From assembly GCA_964188305.1 (NCBI GenBank), contig OZ076892.1: a DNA stretch of 64,000 nucleotides. One strand, given 5' to 3'. This document shows, piece after piece, positions 12,805 to 24,750 of this stretch; position 1 is the stretch's first letter; every line of letters begins with the position of its first letter. Under the pieces are notes generated by a model, which was given only the letters and a program-made list of their open reading frames with translations, ran no database searches and was not told where the DNA came from. The stretch comes from Podarcis bocagei (taxonomy: Eukaryota). The translations under genes were made by a program, and so were the position numbers.

Positions 12805-12908
12805 AGTCCTGTAGTCTTCCCAGGTGCATCTGGTTAGCCACTGTGAAAATAAGATGCTGAACTAAGTCGTCCTTTGGCCTGATTCAGCAACACAGCTCTC
12901 CTTAGTTC
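12805..12908 (+). mobile_element. CR1/L3-type LINE 3' end
   Basis: GCATCTGGTTAGCCACTGTGAAAATAAGATGCTGAACTAAG...TTGGCCTGATTCAGCAACACAGCTCTCCTTAGTTC resembles the common reptile CR1/L3 3' UTR ending in TTCTTATGTTC. Confidence 0.65.
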
Positions 12909-13382
12909 ATCACCCTGTCTTTGTTTACTTATTTTGGCAAATCGTATACCTCTTTGCCTCTAAGCAGTGTACAAGAGACTCAATGAATTGCACCTTTCGA
13001 AATATGAATGATCTACCACCACTCAGGGTCATGACCCCCTCCACCAAAGCCAGTAAGATCGTTTGCCTACATATCACTATTCATCTCAGTAGGCAGGAAT
13101 TCCATGCTCAGCTGACATTCCACGCACCCCCGAAGTGGTTCTGCTCTACATCTGTCCCAAGCCTGGAGCAGCAGCCTCAAATATAGGTGATGAGGTTCAC
13201 CTGGCTGAAATAGGTTGAGCTATTTAAAATGTCTGTCACTTTGAGTTTCTATATTTTAGTTGACTCTTAGTCCCCCTCCCCTCTGTTCCTTATCTTTGTG
13301 CTTTATCAAAATTGTAAGCTGCTTTGTGAACCCAACTGGGCCAAAAGGAAGGGGGTGATATTTAAATCATTCTCCTCTAACC

Positions 13383-13462
13383 TACTGCTTTCCAGATGTT
13401 GGATGGGGCTGCTGGGCATTGTGGTTCAAAACATCTGGAAGGCACCAGGTTGTGGAATACTG
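13383..13462. mobile_element. Short palindromic hAT-type MITE fragment
   Basis: TTCCAGATGTT...AACATCTGGAAGGCACCAGGTTG inverted arms; same family as 14658-14763. Confidence 0.55.
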
Positions 13463-13524
13463 ACTTAGATCAAGTAAGCAGGTTCCAAAATGTTTTATAG
13501 CCGTAACTAGATTTGCAGTGCAAG

Positions 13525-13590
13525 TTGCCATGCCCATTTTACAGGTGAGGAAATGGAGGCTGAACACAACTCTGGCTTTGCTAGGCGATC
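13525..13590 (-). mobile_element. MIR/CORE-type SINE remnant
   Basis: CCCATTTTACAGGTGAGGAAATGGAGGCT matches the CORE-SINE signature. Confidence 0.6.
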
Positions 13591-14111
13591 TCTCTGAGCC
13601 TTAAAATCTCTTCAGCTGGGGCGAGGCTCCCCAAGGCCAGCACCCAATGGTGCTGGAGAACCCGCAGGATGCAGACATCGTGGGCTACTGGGACACAGGC
13701 TAGGGAGGCCTTTGGGATGAGCTTGTGCTGGTAGCAGCCGCTGCTCTGAATGGCAATGGAGCGGAAACCCTGCCGGCCTCGTTCCTGTTCCCTCGTCACT
13801 TTGCTGTATTTCTGGGGTCCGTCGCTGGTTTCGTTCAGCCCTCCGAGCCGAGGGAGCTCACTGCAGGCAGGAAATCAATTCTTTTTATCGTTAACCACTT
13901 TAGTACTTACAGGAGCTCTTTTCATTCACAGACCTAAGAACTTTGCAGGAGGCTTTTGAGATTTGCTGGCTCTTCTGGAGTAAGTCTGGGGGATGCCAGG
14001 CAGAGACCCTCCAGCGCCTGCTGCTGCTGCTGCGCCTGCCGCTCTGTGGAATCCCCTCTGTTGCCTGCTGTTGCTGCCGTAACTCTGCACACCAGCGGCT
14101 GGGCTGCATCA

Positions 14112-14330
14112 TGCTTGTTTTCTCCTGCTCCGGAGGCTAGGACCCGAACCAGGAACTTCAAAGTTACAAGAAAGAAGATTCTAACTAAACAGAACTTTGT
14201 GGCGGTAAGAGCTGTTCAACAGTGGAATGGACAACTTTGGAAGGTGGCAGACTCTCCTTCGTTGGAGGTTTCTAAGCAGAGCTTGGATGGCAATCTGTCA
14301 AAGATCCTTTAGTTGAGATTCCTGCATTGC
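14112..14330 (+). mobile_element. CR1 LINE ORF2 C-terminus and start of 3' UTR
   Basis: Translation LFSPAPEARTR...NFVAVRAVQQWNGQLWKVADSPSLEVSKQSLDGNLS matches the CR1 ORF2 end (KNFLTVRAVxQWNxLPREVVxSPSLEVFKQRLDxHLS), followed by GATTCCTGCATTG. Confidence 0.88.
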
Positions 14331-14494
14331 GTGCAACCAAAATGGCCGTCATTCTCTCATGATAAAAACCTGTTATTGGGGTGTGTGTGTTTTATAGTTA
14401 AATTTGATGTTCATTTATTTCGGTCGTGCACATAAGTCACCTCAAGACTTTTTGTATTAGTTGATAAATAAACTGAAGTAACACTGCCACCACC

Positions 14495-14546
<52 letters not shown>
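14495..14546. repeat. (AAT)n microsatellite
   Basis: Pure AAT run, preceded by a degraded L2-like tail (TAAGTCACCTCAAGA). Confidence 0.96.
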
Positions 14547-14547
<1 letters not shown>

Positions 14548-14657
14548 AGCCAGGTGCCTGCTCTCCACTTCCCTTGCCAGGAAGATTGGACTGTGGATGA
14601 GAAGTTGTTTCATGAGCCCATGTTTTGCCCTACAGTGCCTGATGTGATCCTTTAGGT

Positions 14658-14763
14658 CAGCCTTCTCCAGCTTGCTGCCCTCCAGCTGTTTTGGGCAACA
14701 ACTGTACCAGCAGGGACTGATGGGAGTTGTAATCCCAGGAGGGCCCCAGGTTGGGGAAGGCTG
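14658..14763. mobile_element. Short palindromic hAT (Charlie-like) MITE, CAGCCTTCCCCAACCT family
   Basis: TIRs CAGCCTTCTCCAGCT / AGGTTGGGGAAGGCTG. Flanks CTTTAGGT / CTTTATTT (6/8). Internal CTGATGGGAGTTGTA. Confidence 0.8.
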
Positions 14764-16581
14764 CTTTATTTCTAAGCGGCTTGGCATTCAGGCCTTCCAG
14801 CGTATCCAGGAAGAAGTCCCAGCAGGCAGCCGAATGGGGCACCAAGCCTGGCTCTCATTAACGTGCAGGTGGAGCAGGATAGGGTTGCATTCTGGAAGAG
14901 CGGCTGGCTAGAGTGCTCGTCACAGCAGGCTCAAATAAATCATGTTACAGTAGCCCAAGCTACAGGTCACAAATCTTCTTGAAGATAAAAAGGAACCATT
15001 CCTGGCCATGTCTGAAACATAATTTCCATGTGCTTCCTGTTAGAAAAGAATGGATTCCATATTGGAAAACTTATCAACATGCTTGGACCAAGACAGAGAG
15101 AGCTACCAGCGTGTGCAGATGACCCTTTCCAGATGTCCTCCCAAAACAGCCCTTACACCTCCTTATCACTGGATTTTTTTGGGGGGGGGGTGGTTCTGGC
15201 TTACATATCATGTAGTAACTGTGGAAAGGTACTCAAGGAAGAAAGGCTTCAGCCAATGCTGGTCAATGTGGAGAACGAAATTGGAGATGTGAGAAGCAGA
15301 AAGAAAATGGACGGGTGATGTGATCAAGGACACAGAGTAGTCAAATCTCTTTAATGGGTGGTTGCTTGGTTGGGGTAGTTGAGCTGGGAGTGTTTTTAGC
15401 TCCTCGTTCAGCAGAACTGAAAGGGATGGTCAAGGTCCACCAGAACTGCCGGTTGCTCCTTGAGTGACTGGCTGCAGCCAAAGGACCCTTCCAGAGAGGT
15501 TTGTCAAAGGGGAAAGTCCTGGCCTTTGCTCTTTGCTGAACATAACATTGTAAATACTTGCATAAGCTTCCCAAAGCCCCAAGGACATGACTGAGGTTTT
15601 GAATAAATGAATACATTTTTTTAAAGAGTTTGTGCAGTTGGCAACTGTAGAAATGACCCAGAAGTCACACTCCACATGGCGTGTTTGGTTAGCAACATGC
15701 GAGCGTTTATAGACGACTCCTTTGTTGTGCTATCCCCCTTATTGCTGGACTTCTGTCAGTGATCTCCTACTCAGGAAGGGTGGGTGGAGAACAGAGGAAC
15801 TAATAAAATGGGGAGCGGTGGTGATATTTTAAGTGGAATGGCAATGTTACGGCTGGTTTACAGAGGAAAAACTTGTTGGAAGCCCTTGCGTTGCTAATGT
15901 GTTGCTGCTTGGACGTGGGTTTAATTGCGTCCTTCTGGCCGATGCTGGTGATATCACCTAACGTGTGCATCTGAAGTGAACCCCGTCTTCTTCGCACGCT
16001 GTAGCGGCATAAGAAAATGCAGTTGAGGGCCAGCCGCTAAAGAGAAACAGATGCCTTTTGAATGGAATACCTGCCTGGCTGCAGTATCTAATCAGAAAGA
16101 CGCTGGGATATGGAAGCAGAGGGGGGAGAAAAATATTTGGCACGTCTTTTGTTGAAATTCAATCTCCACCTCCCCAACCAGGCCCAGGAATCGTCTGCAA
16201 ACTTTTCAATCAGCTTTTTAGGATACAGTGAATTCTGTCATAATTTTGTCAATCAGAACCAGATGTGCTTTTTCTTTTGACAGTGTGGAATAACAAAATC
16301 ATATTTGTTCAAACCACAAGGCAGGTAATAAATAACTGTGGACACAGCGCTGCAGCTTAGCATTCTTCAAAAGAGGTAATGAATATTGCTGAAAAATTTA
16401 ATTTGGAGGTAAGTCAGTTTTTGAAGAGAAAGCCATCTGAAACCCCATGGCTTGATAACGTTCCTTTCCCTGTTGGGCCAAATTCAGCCCAGAAACCTGG
16501 GGTCAGAACAAGCAGGGCTGCCACACCCTGGCCATGATCCTGCCGTGGAAGGCAAACAGCTACTGCTTTCTTTGGGAAGAA

Positions 16582-16920
16582 AGGACTCTGGGTGATAGAA
16601 TATGGGACTGCTGCAATTGTAAGGACATTTCCTCCTAATTCTTGGGTTGTGAAACAAAACTTCTCTTGATGATCCTTGGCCAAGCTAATCTTGGAGATGC
16701 CACAAAACTTCCACAGATTCTCAGCCACGGATTTTGCAATTGGCACCATAAGAGCTATGGCTGCAGAGTCCAAATACATGATCTGATTGATCAAGAAAAG
16801 AGACTATGAGTTTTTGTAAGCAGCTGTTTTAAATCTTCCGTTTTGCCTTACAAGTTCTACCACCCCCCAAACATGATTATCATTGTGAAATAAATGGACA
16901 GGATGATGCCCATGTCCCAG
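16582..16920 (-). mobile_element. Probable decayed retroviral/LTR-element reverse transcriptase fragment (class III / ERV-L-like)
   Basis: Colinear RT-like motifs on the minus strand: DMGII, (frameshift) NHVWGV..QNGRFK, INQIM...AIALMVPIAKSVAENL, ISLAKDHQEKFCFT, LTIAAVPYSITQSP. The DLxxAFF and YxDD motifs were not found. Confidence 0.45.
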
Positions 16921-17142
16921 GAATTATGTGGGCCTGTGTGTGACTTGTGCTCACAAGTTCAGCTGCGCCATTTATGAGAGAGTGGGAAAGTTGGAAATGT
17001 TTGTTTCTAAATGAGAGATATTTTTAAAATTCCTGTTTCAAGTAAACTGATATGAACTCCAATAGTAAGAGCCTGATGCAGAGTGCCTGGAATTTGATTG
17101 GCCTGGGAGAAAGTCAAGTTTGTAAAGAAGCGGAATGTGGGC

Positions 17143-17182
17143 TCTTGTTCCTACAAATCTTGTTCCTACGAATCTTGTTCCT
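17143..17182. repeat. 15-bp tandem repeat (TCTTGTTCCTAC(A/G)AA, ~2.7 copies)
   Basis: Directly visible; abuts the 5' junction of the CR1 fragment. Confidence 0.9.
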
Positions 17183-17184
17183 CT

Positions 17185-17317
17185 GTCTTTAAGCAGAGGC
17201 TTGACAACCATATGTCAGGAGTGCTCTGATGGTGTTTCCTGCTTGGCAGGGGGTTGGACTCGATGGCCCTTGTGGTCTCTTCCAACTCTATGATTCTATG
17301 ATTCTATGATTCTATGA
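17185..17317 (+). mobile_element. CR1 LINE 3' end, 5'-truncated
   Basis: TTTAAGCAGAGGCTTGAC (FKQRLD), GGGGGTTGGACTCGATGGCC...TTCCAACTCT, then the diagnostic (ATTCTATG)n tail. Confidence 0.93.
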
Positions 17318-17687
17318 ATTTTGCCTAAGCTGCAACAACTGCCTTGTGAATGCTTGGTAGCAAGTGGCTCATGTGGCTCTTTGCTGGGGATCTTCTCTTG
17401 TAGGATGTCACAGGTAGCACTAATGTCATCATGGACACCATTCACCCAGAGAGCCTCCTATGCCACTCTGGTGCATTTCACTGGGGCCTATATATCAGGA
17501 TGTCTCCCTTTGTTCCAGAATGTGGATACACTTCAGTTTTGGAGCTATCATGTGCTAGAGGTTGCCTACTGCCAGGAGCTGAGTGATCATGACAATAACT
17601 CCCACTTCTGATACAATTTCCCAATCTGTAGCAGAAGGTGTGCCCTTTTTTCTGAATCCTCCATCTTTATATTTGCTTTGACCATTA

Positions 17688-17939
17688 CAGTCATACCTCG
17701 GGTTAAATGTGCTTCAGGTTGAGCATTTTCAAGTTACGCTCTGCGGCGACCCGGAAGTAATGGAGCCCGTTGCTTCTGGGTTTCGCCGCTCATGCATGCG
17801 CAGACGCTCAAAATGACGTCATGCGCATGCGGGGAAGCGGCAAAATGTGACCCGCGCACATGCAGACACATCTTACATTCTACTCAGGATGCGAACAGGG
17901 CCCCGGAATGGATCCTGTTCGCATCCAGAGGTACCATTG
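17688..17939. mobile_element. Tc1/mariner (Tigger/pogo-like) MITE
   Basis: TA|CAGTCATACCTCGGGTT ... AGAGGTACCATTG|TA, with a TA TSD on both sides. Termini related to 3444-3685 but a different interior. Confidence 0.88.
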
Positions 17940-18433
17940 TAATGTCATCAGGGCTGGTGCTGCTGTCCAGAAGTGACATGAGGCAGGAATGGCACAGCAA
18001 GACTTTTATAAACCGAGGCTTTTCTGCAGGGGAAGCATTGGGACTCTGCTTCAGGCAGGCCAGAAGTGGCTCACATCCATGTCATATTGCATGGTGGACC
18101 TTTTTTTAATGATGGGAAGAATCATTTTTGCCTCCCACTCCCCACCGCAGCAGTTTCACAATTAGCTTTTCCTAACTTCTTGCTCCTTAATACTTTATTT
18201 TGTTCCTTTATAAAAATGCTTTCCTTCTTCCTCTCCTCCTCCTTTTAAAGTTTTGCATTCTAGGTGTGCATTAGGGTGTGCAAAGGTGACAAAATGTGAC
18301 ATGAGACTGTTGGAGGCTGTTGCAAGAGCATCTCCACAGGCTGATGTTGCCTTTCAGGTCCATTTGCCAGTGTACCCATATTCTTAAAGTCTTTGAAAGC
18401 AGGTCTCTCTGTGGATTTAGTCACAGACTCCTC

Positions 18434-18574
18434 NNNNNNNNNNNNNNNNNNNNNNNNNNNNNNNNNNNNNNNNNNNNNNNNNNNNNNNNNNNNNNNNNNN
18501 NNNNNNNNNNNNNNNNNNNNNNNNNNNNNNNNNNNNNNNNNNNNNNNNNNNNNNNNNNNNNNNNNNNNNNNNNN
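18434..18574. other. Assembly gap (N run)
   Basis: 141 N. Confidence 0.99.
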
Positions 18575-20577
18575 AGGCTCTGCTGAATAGAGGGCCACTT
18601 AAAGAAAATGCTAATGACTTAAAATGTTATTCCTTCTGTGTTTTAGAAGCAAAATTAAAGCAGTGCAGGTTCCCTGCCTGTGCCTCATCTCCAGTCACTC
18701 CTGAGAAATTCCCAAAGGCTCCCCTGGGCTCCCCTCTTTTAAGAGCATGGACCTGGAACCACTTACAGGAGAGGTTTAATAAGAGGCAAAATGTGTTTTT
18801 TATTTAGTATTTGGTTGCGTGAAAGAGATGGATTCTCTCTGGCTGCCTCCTGATGCAAGAAGGCTCAGTCATCTGTGTACACACAGGGGCTGAAGCAACC
18901 AAAGAGCCCCTTCGCCGCCTGCCTTCTCGACCACTTACCTTCTTCTGGCCAAGATGAAATGGTTTCATTTGCAGAATCGATCAGCAGATCTAGCAAACTT
19001 ATTTTTTGTCGGAATCACTGATAATTGACTTCTTATCGGATGTAAAGGGGCTGGGGACCAAAGTGTCACAGGTTGCATCTCTTCTTCAGGAAGGAGGGGT
19101 GGGAGGGCTGTTCACACAGTCACAGAGAGAGATATGGTGCAATTGAATGCGTTTGTAGGTTTCCACCTGGGCACTGCATGAAAATTAGTGGCCAAGAAAA
19201 TGGCCAGCATCCGATAAGGATTGGCAGCTTTCCTAAATGCCTCCCTCTTGGTTGCAATTAGGCTGGTGCAAGACTCGGAGTTCCTTTCAAAGAATCAAGT
19301 TTATGACTTTGTGGTGTGAGATGGTGCCAGCCCTGCCGCCTGTTTTCACTATTCAGTGTTGAGGAAACATATTACATCTGTCTTTGATCCCAAGATCTGG
19401 ATTGCCAAAACTGATGGCCACAATTAAAGACAGTCCTGTTGAAAACCTGACCTCTGTCTGCTCTCAACTTCATGTAAACTTTTCAATATGGCTGTAATTT
19501 GGTATTAAATTACCCCCTGCTTTATTGCTTTCTAGCACAGCTCTGTCCTGTTGCTTTTTAAAGATATAAAGGCTAACATGAAAGAAAAATGGCAGCGTAT
19601 CTGCATAATTATGTAATTATATACTTGTTTTCCTACACTTTGAGAGCCTTTTGTGTAGTTTATGCCTCTTCAGAGAAACAGTAATAGTTGGGGAGAATTA
19701 TTTCTCTGCCTTTTCGGGGCCTGCACGGCATCAGGATGAGTTGCCCCCGTTAACAACTGTGACACTGCCTTGACGGGCTTGGGTGTGATTCATTTGCCTG
19801 GGAGGGAGATCGCTAAATGTGCCTCTTTGCTCATTTCACCAGCCTTTAATGGCCCCAGCCTTTCATGGCTTTCAATCTTCTGCTTCAGGGCGGGGGGGGG
19901 GGGACCCATCACCATAAAGAGCATGGGTGAGCACCAAATCTCACCAGTTTTGCTTTTCAAGGGCCTAAGCATTTTTGCCTCATCCTGTAACCTGCCCCAA
20001 ATAGTGCTCAGGTCTGTCATCTGGCTGTACAGAATCAAATTTTGTCTCTCCTTAAGTACTCATATTTGTGCAGTGTGCCTCCTTGCTGTTTTGTTGACCA
20101 TGCTGTGGCATCCTTCCTTCCATGACTATTGAGTTTCCTCTCCCCTTTTTTAAAAAATCAGCATGTGTGTGTAGGAAAGGTGGGTATGAACATTTCCATC
20201 TCCTCTCCCATTGCTACTCAATCAACAGAATCTCTTTGTTCTGACTTCCTTTTGTTTGAAAGAGACAAATGTGTGATTTTCCAGTAAGCAGTGAAATACA
20301 GAATTGTGAATGTGTGAGCGTGACATTTTCAAGTGGGTAACAGCAATAAAAGGCAACCTGTGATTTGCTTCCTGAATCCCATGGCAGAGAAACTGTTTCT
20401 TTCTGATGCACAGTTAAGTCAAGAAAGTGGAGAGAATTCCAATGCCAGGCACAAATGGATGGCAATTTTCTGTTTACTTCTGAGAGCTTTGGACACCCCA
20501 GTGGACAAAGTAATTGACACAGGCTTGTCCAAGGAAGATAAAATAGGCTGTGTCCACACAGCATTTTATTCCAGAAT

Positions 20578-20731
20578 CATAAATGCCAGTTCCTAGGGGC
20601 CAAATCACTTCCCCCCAATATTCTGTTGAGGGGTGTTTGGCTCCGTCTCCTGGCTCCTTGTGACATCATGTGCACAATGTCAGGACATCACGCCGCCCCC
20701 CCTCAATCATCCTGAGAAGCTGGCACCTCTG
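20578..20731. mobile_element. hAT MITE
   Basis: Imperfect TIRs CATAAATGCCAGTT / AGCTGGCACCTCTG. Perfect 8-bp TSD TCCAGAAT at 20570-20577 and 20732-20739. Confidence 0.85.
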
Positions 20732-20904
20732 TCCAGAATAAATGAAGATGGAGAACACGGTTGCTTTTTTTCTACATAGTACATACACAATCTAGATCTA
20801 TTACATATTTTTTGCCCCTCAAATGTGCTTTTTGAGAAATTGGTTTCATTCCAAAAAAAGAACTACAGTGTATCCATTTGAAACCAGATAGCGGTGGTCC
20901 TGGG

Positions 20905-21193
20905 CAGTTGCATAGCATGGGTTGCCAGCTCCTGGGGCTGTGCAGAGGGGGTGTGGGAGGGAGGGAAACAGGCGGAGTACACATGCACATTCAACTGCCT
21001 GTGTCACCCAGGAGATCGAAGCCACAGAGGTAAGAAAAGAAGGGTCATTCCATTGTTTGGAGAGGTCACTTCCTGGTTCACATGGAGAAGCTGTTTTCAT
21101 TGGAGCCCAGCAAAGGAAGCGTGTTGAAAAATTTAGCCCCTAAAAATTTTGCGCCCGGGGCGGCCACCCCGTGCCCCCCATGCTACGCCACTG
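20905..21193. mobile_element. hAT (Tip100-like) MITE, CAGTGGCGTAGCA family
   Basis: TIRs CAGTTGCATAGCATGG / CCATGCTACGCCACTG (14/16). TSD GTCCTGGG / GTCATGGC (6/8). Confidence 0.82.
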
Positions 21194-21891
21194 GTCATGG
21201 CAATGGGGATGGGGCGTATCTGTACTTGCACACCAGTGATGTGGTGGTGGGTGTACACTAAGATCACAATCACCACATGAACAGGCCACATGACACAACA
21301 CTTTGCCACTGCAGATGTTAAGATTTGCTGCTGGTCTCTAAGGGGCCTCTTCCTCTTCCTCCTTCTCCACTGGACCCTTTCTTATTTCTACTGCAACAGA
21401 ATAACTCAGCCCACCCTCTGGATTTTTATCACTAGTACTTTATCTTTGTGGACAGACGAGAGGTATATGGGATCATATAAAATGGTAGGACAGGTATCAA
21501 GAAGCAAAGTGTAACAGATAAGTTGAATAATACATTTATCTCCGTTTTTGAGATCAAGGTAAGTTATGATTCTCCCAGGAGAGTGAAATACTGAATGAGT
21601 TATTTTGGATTGGTACTTATTAAATTTCATATTATCAACAGCATGACACAATGCTAGGTGCAATAACATGTTTAATTTCTGAGATTTTGAGCAGGGCGTT
21701 TTTGCAGTAAAAGGGAGAGATTTTTATTTGAACAATTCTCAAAGTCTATGAGCTGCAGTTTGGGCCACAAGAAGCAAGGATTGGGCCTCCTCTAGTTACC
21801 ATTGCCAAACTCTTCTATATTGTGAGCTCAAGCACGAAAAGGAGCCTTGGAACTGGCAGGTCCAAGAAGCTCATCAGGGGAACCAAACTAC

Positions 21892-22116
21892 TAGGGTTGC
21901 CATATTTCAAAAAGTAAAAAACCAGGGCACCCTGGAAGTTGTTGAACTTATTTTAGACAACCCCCAAAGTTGTTGAGCCAAAAAACCCGCAATTTTTCGG
22001 TTGACTTGCCTAAGATCCAAGACAAAGCACCGCCTTTCGGAAATTCCCCCCGGATGTCAATTCTGCCTTTGAAATCCCAGTAATGTCCAGAAAAACCTGG
22101 ACGTATGGCAGTGCTA
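21892..22116. mobile_element. hAT (Blackjack-like) MITE
   Basis: Termini TAGGGTTGCCATA / TATGGCAGTGCTA. Flanks share ACCAAAC, offset by 3 bp on the left. Confidence 0.75.
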
Positions 22117-24147
22117 GACCAAACACTCCAAACATTCCTTTCCCCACAAGCCAGTTACAGGCTTAAGAGTCCAGCATGCCTCTCTGGCTCTCTGGTAAGG
22201 TTGTGGTTGCTCCAGAGAGGAAGCCACTAGTGGGTGCTGCAGGTCTGTCCCCGCCAGCCTGCAAAAGCAGGAGGCTTGGAGGGTGGGAGGGCTGAGCTCT
22301 CTTTTTGTCAGTAAGGCAGGAAACAAAGACCCTGTGCCTGTCTTGGGGAGCAAAGCACTCAGGAGGAGAATGTACAGCATGAGGAATGTTGGATCTGATT
22401 TTAAATGGAACAGTTTTGTCATTCTGGCGGGCGCTGAGTGCATTTCGTCTGTGCATGTGTGCGTTTTGTTGTTGATTTCACAAATCCTTATTTCACACAG
22501 AGATGTCGTGCATGAGAATATAAGGCCGTCACAACATATGAAAGCAAATTATATTTTCTGGAATTAAAAAAAAAAAATTGTCTTCTAAATTTTTTGTCCA
22601 CGACAAAGGAACACCTCATGTTCTTGGCTGGTGTGAATTTCATACATTAGATGGAGCCCCTTTGATATTTAGAGAAGGATTTTTGACACTTTAATAAGGG
22701 AATCTCCTCATCCATCATTTGCCATTCTCGTCTGTCCAAGCACCATCGTAAATTTCAGCCTCCTCCATATTCAGAGCTTGTATAAATAAAAAGCCATTGT
22801 GATCTGGGAGAACCGAGAATTTCCCTTTTCCTGTTTCTCTGCCCATTAGGAAGGTTTTCTTGTGTGCGCCTCAAACTCCCATAAGACAAATAAGTACCGT
22901 GCGAAAGAAGAAGCCCCCTTTTGTGCTCCGTGGAAGCCTCATTTGGGGGCTGCTCTGTCATCGGCAGAGAAGCCTCTTCTCCATTACAGCCTGCTCTTAT
23001 TACCAGCCCTCTCTCCCAGTCCTTTCCTACGCTATTTTAGGGATTATGCAGCTTCTCTGAGATACTCTGAAATTAATCAAGGCAAGCAAAATCTCCTGCC
23101 ATGTTATCCGTCACTGGAAGAGAGGTGAGAGTGGATTCTGCAATCCAGGAGGCAGTTTTGGAGGTCGTGTCTGTCCAGTAATCACAAACCCTCCTGTTCC
23201 CAAAATGAAGCAACCTTTCGTCAGAGGCTCAAAAGCAAAATTTTTGAACTAACAGAGGCTGTGTTCCAAGCAGAACGCCAGACTCTTCATTGGCATTCAG
23301 AGCTGAACAACATAGGATGCTGGCTACTTTACCTCCTTTTGAAACACTTCCTCAGCTGCACCTGGATAGAGAAGGCTTCTGTGCAGTGAGAAGAGACGCA
23401 AAATCTGCAGGGATGCTTCCGCCCCCCCACCCCCACCTCCCAGCCAGATTTATATTTCAATCTCTTCCCCAATCAAGCCCTGCACATAATTTCCCCCAAT
23501 AAGTTAGTCTGCATAGTATGGCTGGCAGACACTTAGTGTGATTGCAAATAATAAAAGCAGATTATCCACAGAGTTGGTTGAGTGACAATTCTGACTTGCC
23601 TTGACCCAGTGCCCAGGGAGATAAGAATTAATCTTATAAACCTCTGCACACTTCTCCTTCTGATCTCTGAACAACATGGCGGGGTTGCATTAGCCCCCCT
23701 TTGTCCTCAGCTCAGTGACATTAAAACGCAGGGGACAGACTAGGCACTGTACTATCACTCAGGCTTGGTCTAGGGCAGTGCGGAAAAGCACCCATTTGTG
23801 ATGGAGGTTCTCAGCTCCATTGGCACTCAACATACTGTTCTTCGTTTTGGCCCTGAAGCCAGGATGTCTCAGAATAATGGTGGTTTGTGTGGCATCCTAA
23901 AGAATTGCCAGCACTCATTGTGTGACAGTGGCAAAGTAGAAAGGAAAGGTGGAGAGAGGTCACCCTCCCCCTGCCATGCAAGAAACACAGTCTAAGAAGC
24001 CTCCAAGAGGCTTGTCAATCATGGCTTTGCAATAAATAATATAGAACATTCAGAAGCCGCAATTTCCCTCAGAACTCATTTGGCCTATAAACCATATATT
24101 TCCAGTAGGTAGACCATTGTGTATGAAGAGCAATCTGGTATGCTAAA

Positions 24148-24149
<2 letters not shown>

Positions 24150-24193
<44 letters not shown>
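24150..24193. repeat. (TA)n microsatellite
   Basis: Pure TA run. Confidence 0.97.
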
Positions 24194-24195
<2 letters not shown>

Positions 24196-24673
24196 CGTAT
24201 AAAATACATACACCCAATAAGCAGCTCAAAACTAACAATGACCTTCCCTTTTATTTGATTCCCATTGTATGAAAGCAAACAAAAATTATTTCGTTGCCAC
24301 CAATTTTTTCACCTGATTACGTCGTAAAGATCTCCATAGCAGAATCAGAGGTGGGGTGTGCCGAACTGACAAGGAGGTTTACCATGCAGTTGAGCAGAGC
24401 TGCATGGGAAGCCAGTGGCACCCAAGATGCCATTTGGATAGCGAAGCATTTTAGCTGCCGTAAAGGCACGGGACTGGCCTTGACAAGGAGAACTGGGCTA
24501 TGATAGTGTCACTTAGCCATTCTGCTTCGTGAGCCACACTCCCCTATCGCCACAATTCCATTTATTGCATCTTCTGAAAAGGATGTTCTCTGCTGACAAG
24601 CCAAACTGAAGGATCTGTGCCATGTGACCCATGTGACAACAAAGGTCTTAAGGTGCTCAAATATTGCAACCAA

Positions 24674-24750
24674 AGAATCATATAATTGTAGTGCTGGAAG
24701 GTACACCAAGGGTCATCTAGTCCAACCCATGGGATGCAGGAATCCTGCGC
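24674..24750 (-). mobile_element. CR1 LINE 3' end
   Basis: AGAATCATA...GCTGGAAGGTACACCAAGGGTCATCTAGTCCAACCC..ATGCAGGAATC is the reverse complement of the CR1 3' UTR seen at 14.3 and 17.2 kb. Confidence 0.78.
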
